A stretch of 62,447 bases of DNA, filler included, from Convolutriloba macropyga (lineage: Eukaryota), in NCBI RefSeq assembly GCF_964194025.1. It is 4 parts of 4 records of this genome, joined end to end, with 100 filler letters (N's around TTAATTAATTAA, not from the genome) between each part and the next. Parts side by side here need not be neighbours in the genome. Positions count along the whole stretch, not along the records: positions 1 to 13,102 come from NC_134468.1; 3 more parts are not named here. One strand, given 5' to 3'. Under the pieces are notes generated by a model, which saw only the letters and a list, made by a program, of their open reading frames with translations, was not told the origin of the DNA and did not search any database. Each line of letters starts with the position of its first letter. The stretch's first letter is position 1. Made by a program: the position numbers and the translations under genes. This document shows, piece after piece, positions 1 to 9,402 of the stretch.

Positions 1-806
1 TTCCTGAGTCGCTCTTCTATATGATTACTACAGCTCATGTCATCTTTGATGTGAATTCCCAAGTTTTATACTGTATCGGCATTTGCCAAATCGATAACCA
101 CAATATCGAAATTTTGCCTTTTCCCTCTAAATGTTATCTGAGCACATTTGTCCAGTACCAGCTCCATCTTGTTTTATCTGACCTACGTTGAAACGCTGTT
201 TAGGTCTTCCTGGATTGTCCAATGATCTTTTCCGATCGCGAGGATTTTCAGGTCGTCTGCAAAGATGAATGGGTCTGAGAACTTCAGCGCGTCGGGTAAA
301 TCGATGATGAAGATGCAAAACAGGAGCGGCTCTAATACTGAGCCCTGAGGTACTCCACTACTAATTTTTCGATCATCGGAACATGTGTTATCGATTCTGA
401 CGAACTGTAGCCGGTTGCTTAGGTAGTCCATGAGAACTTGCAGGAGACATCCTCCTACCCCAATATTTGCAACCTTTATTTAATAGCTCGAAATGTGATA
501 CTTTATCGAAGGCTCTCGAGAAGTCCGTGTAGAACGCAAAAACTTCTGAGTTTGGATTGTTATCAAGTGCGTCGTGGATCTTTTTCAGGAAAGTAATCAA
601 GTTTGTAAAAACAGATCAATTTTTAACAAAACCATGTTGGTGCTCTGTCAAGAAAAAGGCAAAGTGGTCGTAAAGAGCCACGTAGATGCACTTTTCCAGG
701 ATTTTACTTTCTATGTCCAGTAGGGACACTGGACGGTAGTTTTGTACGCAGCGTTTCTCTCCCTTCTTGTGGATTGGCGTCACAGCGGCTGTCTTCGATG
801 TATCAG
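1..806 (-). mobile_element. Decayed non-LTR retrotransposon (CR1/L2 group) ORF2, reverse transcriptase region; frameshifted; runs off the window start
   Basis: Consecutive minus-strand ORFs give VTPIHKKG-NYRPVSLL-QHGF (616-825), YTDFSRAFDKVSH (388-600) and SGVPQGSVLEPLLF-FADDLK (183-431), followed by NKMELVLDKC and NLGIHIKDDMS below 183. These are non-LTR RT motifs in native order. Confidence 0.93.
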
Positions 807-1598
807 TATTCTCCCCCCACTCCATGTTTTTATGACTCCCAATTAAAATTTATGGGTTTGTATATAGCACATTATTATGTAAAATTCTAAAATGCGATAC
901 AATGTTATGCCCACTAGGCTGAGCCGGAGCAGAAGAGATCCAAAATATATTGACAAATAGATATAAACGATTTCAAGTAAGTGATACTTTTTCCCTGGAG
1001 CAAAATTCAGCAAGAGGAGCCCCAGGGAAGTGTGCTCAGGCCTTCACTCTTTTATATGTATTTAACGATCTCAAAAAACAACTTCGAATCGCAATGCGAA
1101 ACGTACAATTTTCTCACAATTGCCTGTTATACTCGGATAATATTGTTGGTTATCAAAGCAAAAACGATTTGAGCAAAACTCCCACTAAAGACATGTAATA
1201 TACCAGTGGTACTGTTTCTTTTGATGCCCGTTTATATAATGGCAGAGGATGAGCTCCGCAGTATCTTCGTACACAGGGATGCTTGGGCTGACTCTATCTA
1301 CTTCTTGTTCATAAAACTGATTATAGTGAGTTTACAATCCTTAATTATTTACTTAGATAACGATATAAATTCTCGCTTCTAACGAAGCAACTCTTGGGTA
1401 CAAGCAATTTCCGTTGTTCTGAATGGTATTATAAATAACATTTACGTTATATAAAGGATAGAATACCTTCACATTATGTAAAGTTTAAAATTTCTTCACA
1501 TTATTGTGTGATAACTGTTGTGATAAACATGAATAGCAGTTTTTTAAAAGACCGGAAATCTGGACTGCATAGCCTATGGCGTTTTCATTGAAGAATTT

Positions 1599-2222
1599 TT
1601 GAGGCCGGCACATACGGTCTACCTCGTAGGTGCGAGCTCTCTGAAGCACATCATCGACTGCATCCCATACGACCAACGACGACATCTGTTTCGCAGAATT
1701 TATTCAATGACTGGATTGAGCTTCAAACCCAACGCAGTCAACAAATTGAAGATCTTGCAAAATCATTTGACAAGAAGAAATGTACTTGCCAAGAAGCAGA
1801 AAATCATCATCTGGCACGACGTAATCAATAGAACAATCTCCAAACATTGAAGCAACAGCAACACGTTTTGTTCAACCGAAGAACTGAAAGAGATCCTCAG
1901 AACTTTCAGTGATAGAATAGGAGCATTAATATACCTCAGAGAGGGAACTATCCATATCTGGGATAAGTTTATCAAAACAAGATTTCCAATAGTCGACGTG
2001 ACGAAGAAGCCGCTGTCCCACAGAAAGCAGAAAGACCTGAAGATCCTGAAGGACGTCGATCAAGTACACCGATCCTTTGATCTTGAGGAGCGTCTATTGA
2101 AAACAGTGTGAAAGAAGCGAAACCTACTCTCTCAAGTCGTGAAAAGAAGAAACGAAAGAAAAACAAGCTCTCCCAGAAGGAGACACGCAAGAAACAAAGG
2201 AAACAACAGCAGCCATAGGTGA
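1599..2222 (+). pseudogene. SGNH/GDSL-hydrolase-like reading frame (208 codons, two internal TGA), copy 1
   Basis: One frame reads VYLVGASSL (block I-like), IIIWHDVIN (block III position) and DVDQVHRS (block V position; copy 3 reads AQLHPS), then a basic tail. Confidence 0.6.
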
Positions 2223-2282
2223 TTCAGTATTGCTTTCGCTTTTCTCTCTCTGAGCTTATTTCTTTCAAGACCTCTTTTAGTT

Positions 2283-2504
2283 GGAGGGGGCTATGTTCAC
2301 TGTAGGATCCCCTAGCCTCGGGTGCTACCATTTCTATGTGCCTTCGGGACCTTCTTTGGCTAGAAAGGGCTGAGAAATAAAGGTAGCGAGAGTTAATTTC
2401 CTCAGAAACCGCTCTAGCTTAGTGCCTTCAAGACCTTTGCTGGTTGGAAGCGAAAAGCAGTTTCATCTATACTTCGCTCTATTTTACTCTATATTATACT
2501 CTAT
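2283..2504 (+). mobile_element. Polypurine tract followed by the start of a putative 3' LTR (truncated); copies at ~5115-5336 and ~7950-8171
   Basis: GGAGGGGG-CTA-TGTTCACTGT at 2283-2303 (AAAGGGGG-CTA-TGT in copy 3) lies ~60 bp after the ORF stop, with AATAAA at ~2376. A PPT followed by TG is the standard 3' LTR boundary of LTR retroelements. No matching 5' LTR is in the window. Confidence 0.55.
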
Positions 2505-2645
2505 ATAGGAAAGAAACTACTGCGAGACCCAACAAGCTTAGAACCAACTGCTCTGAACAACAAGCTTGAGATAATAGAGAAAGCCATTGCTGAGAACCAT
2601 GCATCTGCAGCCAACATACAGAGAAGCCTGAAATTGGAATATGAA
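2505..2645 (+). mobile_element. 141-bp copy of ORF1 of the neighbouring LINE family (matches 9452-9592); also in units 2 and 3
   Basis: ATAG(G/A)AAAGAAACTACTGCGAGACCCAAC...GAAATTGGAAT(A/T)TGAA aligns without gaps to 9452-9592. Confidence 0.9.
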
Positions 2646-3254
2646 AAGTAAAGGGTGTAAAAGTCACTCGAAAATTCAAAATTGTCAGGCGATAATTTTG
2701 CATACACACTATTTTAATATTTGCTGTGAACTGCGTTCAGGAGCAATTAAAAAGCGCACTCCCTACATTCATAATTATTTGAATTTGACATTTAAACAGA
2801 ACTCTTCTCCTCTAGACAGGATACAACTGACAATACTGCATAATAACTAAAGCCCTGTAAACTTCAAAGAAAACATAAATTAGAAAACAAATCCTACTTC
2901 ACGCGCTTTATCTAAAAAATGGAAGTATTTGAGATCCACCCGGTAGAACAAAAATCTTAAAATAACAAGAAATCGACGAACGCCGAGCAGATTACTCTCC
3001 AACCAACGACGAGCAGTTGTCATAGGTAGCAGCCAACTGGGGCTTAGGAATGCTAGCACGGGAGTTGAATAAAGCTTCAATTTTTCTGGTCTTTAGGTTG
3101 TCGTCTGGACCAGCTCTTCAGTAGTGGCGTCGTCCACGCGAAATTGACAGTCTGTTCGCAGGTATAATAAGTCGGAAAGAATCCAAATTAACCTTTAGGT
3201 GGGCAATTAAATACTCTTATACCTGTAATTGCTCCTCATCTAATATATACTTTT

Positions 3255-3905
3255 AATTAAATCTTTAGAGTCTTTTCCAGGCTCATTGAAAATTGCAAAT
3301 GTTACTCCTTTATTAAAAAAATGATCCTCTAACTGTTATTAAATACGGACCTAGTGCAATAAAAAGGTTTTTCTAAAATCTTCGAAAACATACTGCGTGA
3401 GCAAATTTCAGTATCATAAAAACGAATGAACATTTGGGATTCAGGAAGAAATTTTCAATTAATATTTCGACTTATTATCACCGCTTCGATTCGGACATGA
3501 AACTTTAGGCTGCTCTACTAGACCCATCAAAAGCTTTCGATTTGAATTTTTCTTCAAAAACCCTTACGGAAATTGGAAAAATTGCTTTAGTAGGTCAGCA
3601 TTGCTTGTTATTGAAATTTTGTAATTGGTAACTAATCTATTCTGCCCACCCACTCCACTGTTTTTATGATTTCCAATTACAAATTATGGGTTTGTATATA
3701 GCACGTTGTTATAAAAATTTTAAAATGCGATACAGTGTTATGCCCACTAGGCTGAGCTGGAGCAAAAGAGATCCAAAATATATTGACAAATAGATATCAA
3801 CGAGTTCAAGTAAGTGATACTTTTTCTCTGGAGCAAAGTTCAGCAAAAAGTGCCCCAGGGACGTGTGTTCAGGACTTTAGTCTTTTATCTGTATTTAACG
3901 GTCTC
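3255..3905 (+). mobile_element. Heavily decayed LINE RT fragment spanning the unit junction (also 940-1075, ~6100-6750, ~8960-9330)
   Basis: Translated remnants FPGSLKIANVTPLLKK, FSKIFENIL, FGFRKKFS, LLDPSKAFD, then LTNRYQRVQV and VPQG(S/R)V. Confidence 0.75.
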
Positions 3906-4430
3906 AAAAAACAACTTCGAATCGCAATGCGAAACGTACAATATTCTCACAACTGCCTGTTATACTCGGATAATATTGTTGGTTATCAAAGCAAAAACGA
4001 TTTGTGCAAAACTCCCACTAAAGACTTGTAATATACCAGTGGTACTGTTTCTTTTGATGCCCGTTTATATAATGGCAGAGGATGAGCTCCGCAGTATCTT
4101 CGTACACAGGGATGCTTGAGCTGACTCTATCTACTTCTTGTTCATAAAACTGATTATAGTGAGTTTACAATCCTTAATTATTTACTTAGATAACGACATA
4201 AATTCTCGCTTCTAACGAAGCAACTCTTGGGTACAAGCAATTTCCGTTGTTCTAAATGGTATTATAAATAACATTTACGTTATATAAAGGATAGAATACC
4301 TTCACATTATGTAAAGTTTAAAATTCCTTCACATTATTGTGTGATAACTGTTGTGATAAACATGAATAGGAGTTTTTAAAAGACCGGAAATCTGGACTGC
4401 ATAGCCTATAGCGTTTTCATTGAAGAATTT

Positions 4431-5054
4431 TTGAGGCCGGCACATACGGTCTACCTCGTAGGTGCGAGCTCTCTGAAGCACATCATCGACTGCATCCCAT
4501 ACGACCAACGACGACATCTGTTTCGCAGAATTTATTCAATGACTGGATTGAGCTTCAAACCCAACGCAGTCAACAAATTGAAGATCTTGCAAAATCATTT
4601 GACAAGAAGAAATGTACTTGCCAGGAAGCAGAAAATCATCATCTGGCACGACGTAATCAATAGAACAATCTCCAAACATTGAAGCAACTGCAACACGTTT
4701 TGTTCAACCGAAGAACTGAAAGAGATCCTCAGAACTTTCAGTGATAGAATAGGAGCATTAATATACCTCAGAGAGGGAACTATCCATATCTGGGATAAGT
4801 TTATCAAAACAAGATTTCCAATAGTCGACGTGACGAAGAAGCCGCTGTCCCACAGAAAGCAGAAAGACCTGAAGATCCTGAAGGACGTCGATCAAGTACA
4901 CCGATCCTTTGATCTTGAGGAGCGTCTATTGAAAACAGTGTGAAAGAAGCGAAACCTACTCTCTCAAGTCGTGAAAAGAAGAAACGAAAGAAAAACAAGC
5001 TCTCCCAGAAGGAGACACGCAAGAAACAAAGGAAACAACAGCAGCCATAGGTGA
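4431..5054 (+). pseudogene. SGNH/GDSL-hydrolase-like reading frame, copy 2
   Basis: Near-identical to 1599-2222 at offset 2832. Confidence 0.6.
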
Positions 5055-7273
5055 TTCAGTATTGCTTTCGCTTTTCTCTCTCTGAGCTTATTTCTTTCAA
5101 GACCTCTTTTAGTTGGAGGGGGCTATGTTCACTGTAGGATCCCCTAGCCTTGGGTGCTACCATTTCTATGTGCCTTCGGGACCTTCTTTGGCTAGAAAGG
5201 GCTGAGAAATAAAGGTAGCGAGAGTTAATTTCCTCAGAAACCGCTCTAGCTTAGTGCCTTCAAGACCTTTGCTGGTTGGAAGCGAAAAGCAGTTTCATCT
5301 ATACTTCGCTCTATTTTACTCTATATTATACTCTATATAGGAAAGAAACTACTGCGAGACCCAACAAGCTTAGAACCAACTGCTCTGAACAACAAGCTTG
5401 AGATAATAGAGAAAGCCATTGCTGAGAACCATGCATCTGCAGCCAACATACAGAGAAGCCTGAAATTGGAATATGAAAAGTAAAGGGTGTAAAAGTCACT
5501 CGAAAATTCAAAATTGTCAGGCGATAATTTTGCATAAAAAAGACACACACGTTTTTAATAATTGCTTTGAACTGCGTTCAGGAGCAATTAAAAAGCGCAC
5601 TCCCCACATTCATAATTATTTGAATTTGACAATTAAACCGAACTCTTCTCCTCTAGACAGGATACAACTGGCAATACTGCATAATAACTAAAGCCCTGTA
5701 ATCTTCAAAGAAAACATAAATTAGAAAACAAATCCTACTTCACGCGCTTTATCTAAAAAATGGAAGTATTTGAGATCCACCCGGTAGAACAAAAATCTTA
5801 AATTAACAAGAAATTGACGAAAGCCGAGCAGATTGCTCTCCAACCATTGACGAGCAGTTGTCATAGGTAGCAGCCAGCTGGGGCATAGGAATGCTAGCAC
5901 GGGAGTTGAATAAAGCTTCAATTTTTCTGCTCTTTAGGTTGTCGTCTGGACCAGCTCTTCAGTAGTGGCGTCGTCCACGCGAAATTGACAGTCTGTTCGC
6001 AGGTATAAAAAGTCGGAAAGAATCCAAATTAACCTTTAGGTGGGCAATTAAATACTCTTATGCCTGTAATTGCTCCTCATCTAACATATACTTTTAATTA
6101 AATCTTTAGAGTCTTTTTCCAGGCTCATTGAAAATTGCAAATGTTACTCCTTTATTAAAAAAAATGATCATCTAAATGTTATTAAACACGGACCTAGTGC
6201 AATAAAAAGGTTTTTCTAAAATCTTCGAAAACATACTGCGTGAGCAAATTTCAGTGTCATAAAAACGAATGAACATTTGGGATTCAGGAAGAAATTTTCA
6301 ATTAATATTTCGACTTATTATCACCGCTTCGATTCGGACATGAAACTTTAGGCTGCTCTACTAGACCCATCAAAAGCTTTCGATTTGAATTTTTCTTCAA
6401 AAACCCTTACGAAAATTGGAAAAATTGCTTTAGTAGGTCAGCATTGCTTGTTATTGAAATTTTGTAATTGGTAACTAATCTATTCTGCCCACCCACTCCA
6501 CTGTTTTTATGATTTCCAATTACAAATTATGGGTTTGTATATAGCACGTTGTTATAAAAATTTTAAAATGCGATACAGTGTTATGCCCACTAGGCTGAGC
6601 TGGAGCAAAAGAGATCCAAAATATATTGACAAATAGATATCAACGAGTTCAAGTAAGTGATACTTTTTCTCTGGAGCAAAGTTCAGCAAAAAGTGCCCCA
6701 GGGACGTGTGTTCAGGACTTTAGTCTTTTATCTGTATTTAACGGTCTCAAAAAACAACTTCGAATCGCAATGCGAAACGTACAATATTCTCACAACTGCC
6801 TGTTATACTCGGATAATATTGTTGGTTATCAAAGCAAAAACGATTTGTGCAAAACTCCCACTAAAGACTTGTAATATACCAGTGGTACTGTTTCTTTTGA
6901 TGCCCGTTTATATAATGGCAGAGGATGAGCTCCGCAGTATCTTCGTACACAGGGATGCTTGGGCTGACTCTATCTACTTTTTGTTCATAAAACTGAGTAT
7001 AGTGAGTTTACAATCTTTAATTATTTACTTAAATAACAATATAAATTCTCGCTTCTAACGAAGCAACTTTTGGGTGCAAGCAATTTCCGTTGTTCTGAAT
7101 GTTAATATAAATATTGTTTACGTTATATAAAGGATAGAAATCCTTCACATTATGTAAAGGGTAAAATTCCTTCACTTTATTGTGCGATAATTGTTGTTTT
7201 GAACTTAAATAGGAGTTCTGAAAAGACCGGAAATCTGGACTGCATAGCCTTTAGCGTTTTCATTGAAAAATTT

Positions 7274-7889
7274 TCAAGGCCGGCACATATGGTCTACCTC
7301 GTAGATGCGAGCTCTCTGAACCACACCTTCAACTGCATCCCGTACGACCAACGACGACATCTGTTTCGTAGAAGTTATTCAATTACTGGATTGAGCTTCA
7401 AACCCAATGCAGTCAACAGGTTGAAGATCTTGCAGAATCTTTTGACAGGAAGAAGTGTACATGCCAAGAAGCAGAAAATCATCATCTGGCTCGACGTAGT
7501 CAATAATACAATCTCCTAACATTGAAGCAACAGAAACACGGTTTATTTAACCGAAGAACTGAAAGAGATCCTCAGAAATTTAGTGATAGAATAGAAGCAA
7601 TAATATAATTCAGAAAGGAGGGAACTATCGATATCAGGGATACGTTTATCGAAACAAGAATTCCAAGAGTCGACGTGAAGAAGAAGCCGCTGTCCCACAG
7701 AAAGCAGAAAGACCTGAAGGACGTCGCTCAATTACACCCATCCTTTGATCTTGAGGAGCGTCTATTGAAAACAGTGTGAAGAAAACGAAACCTACTCTCT
7801 CAATTCGTGAAAAGAAGAAACGGAAAAAAACAAGCTCTCCCAGAAGGAGACACGCAAGAAACAAAGGAAACAACAGCAGCCATAGGTGA
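7274..7889 (+). pseudogene. SGNH/GDSL-hydrolase-like reading frame, copy 3 (more diverged)
   Basis: Contains VYLVDASSL, IIIWLDVVNN and LKDVAQLHPSFDLEE, with extra stops and indels. Confidence 0.58.
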
Positions 7890-8654
7890 TTTAGTATTGC
7901 TTTCGCTGTTCTTTCTCTGAGCTTATTTCCTTCTTGACCTTCTTTAGTTAAAGGGGGCTATGTTCACTGTAGGATCCCCTAGCCTCGGGTACTACTATTT
8001 CTATGTGCCTTCGGGGCCTTTTTTGGCTAGAAAGGGCTGAGAAATAAAGGTAGCGAGAGTTATATTCCTCAGAAACCGCTCTAGCTTAGTTCCTTTAAGA
8101 CCTTTGCTGGTTGGAAGCGAAAAGCAGTTTCATCTATTCTTCGCTCTATTTTACTCTATATTATACTCTATATAGGAAAGAAACTACTGCAAGACTGAAC
8201 ATGCTTAGAACCAACTGCTCTTAACAACAAGTTTGAGATAATAGAAAAAGCCATTGCTGAGAACCATGCATCCGCAGCAAACATACAGAGAGTCCTGCAA
8301 TGGGAATTTGAAAAGTCAAGAGTGTAAAAATCACTCGAAAAGTCAAAATTGTCAAGCGAAAATTTTGCATAAAAAAGATACAAACGTTTTTGATAATTGC
8401 TGTGAACTGCGTTCAAGAGCAATTAAAAAGCGAACTCCCTACATTCATAATTATTTGAATTTGATAATTAAAACTAACTCTTCTTCTCTAGACAGGATAT
8501 TACAGGCAATACCGCATAATACCAAAATCCCTGTAAGGTTCAAAAAACATAAATTAGAAAACAAATCCTACTTCGCGCGCTTTATATAAAAAATGAAAGT
8601 ATTTGAAATCCACCAAATAGAAGAAAAATGTTAAAAAACAAGAAATCGACTAAA

Positions 8655-8895
8655 ACCGAGCCGATACCTCTCAAACCGCCGACCGACGAGCAGCTGGCAT
8701 CGGTAGCAGCCAGCTGGGTCTTAGGAATGCTAGCACGGGAGTTGAATACAGCTTCCATTTTTCTGGTCTTTAGGTTGTCCTCTGGACCAACTCTTCAATA
8801 GTGGCGTCGTCCACGCGCCATTGACAATCTGTTGGTTGGTATAATAAGTCGGAAAGAATCCAAATGAACCTTTAGGTCCACGCACAGTTCCTTAC
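8655..8895 (-). pseudogene. Possible C-type lectin domain C-terminal remnant (copies ~2980-3200 and ~5820-6040)
   Basis: Minus strand reads KSWSRGQPKDQKNGSCIQL, then after a 1-nt shift RASIPKTQLAATDASCSS, and ICS in units 1 and 2. This resembles the W-x2-GQP...C...D-x2-C...IC spacing of C-type lectin domains. Confidence 0.38.
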
Positions 8896-9402
8896 TGGGC
8901 AATTAATTACTCTTATACCTGTATTTGCTCCTCATCTAACATATACTTTTATTGAAATCTTAAGAGTCTTTTTCCAGGCTCATTGAAAATTGCAAATGTT
9001 ACTCCTTCATTAAAAAAGGATCCTCTAAATGTTATTAAAAACAGACCTAATGCAAAAAAAAGTTTTTCTAAAATCTTCGAAAACATACTGCGTGAGCAAA
9101 TTTCAGTGTCATAAAAACGAATGAACACTTGGGATTCAGGAAGAAATTTTCAATTAATGTTTCGACTTATTATCACCGCATCGATTCGGACATAAAACTT
9201 CAGGCTGCTCTACCAGGCATATCAAATGCTTTCGATTCTAATTTTTCTTCAAAAACCCTTACGGAAATTGGAAAGATTGCTTTTGTAGGTCAGCATTGCT
9301 TGTTAAGGAAATTTTGTAATTGGTAACTAATCTATTCTGCCCCCCCACTCCAATGCTTTTATGACTCCCAATTACAAATTATGGTTTTGTATATAGCACG
9401 GG

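Larger units (their letters stand above)
807..9400 (+). repeat. Tandem array of ~2.84-kb mosaic units: starts at 807, 3638, 6481, plus a ~70-bp stub at 9333
   Basis: The anchor TATTCT(G)CCC.CCCACTCCA recurs at 807, 3638, 6481 and 9333 (spacings 2831, 2843, 2852). The ORF track repeats the same peptides at these offsets (e.g. 1972/4804, 3783/6626). Confidence 0.97.

Noticed and set aside
1599-2222. Two in-frame TGA codons conserved in all three SGNH-like copies as selenocysteine or alternative-code readthrough
   Set aside because: Conservation follows from recent duplication. TGA arises easily from CGA or TGG, copy 3 has an additional TAA and indels, and I recognised no SECIS-like structure.
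807-9400. Confident Helitron call for the mosaic unit
   Set aside because: There is no 5'-TC, subterminal hairpin or CTRR end at the unit boundary and no Rep/helicase remnant; kept only as a hypothesis.
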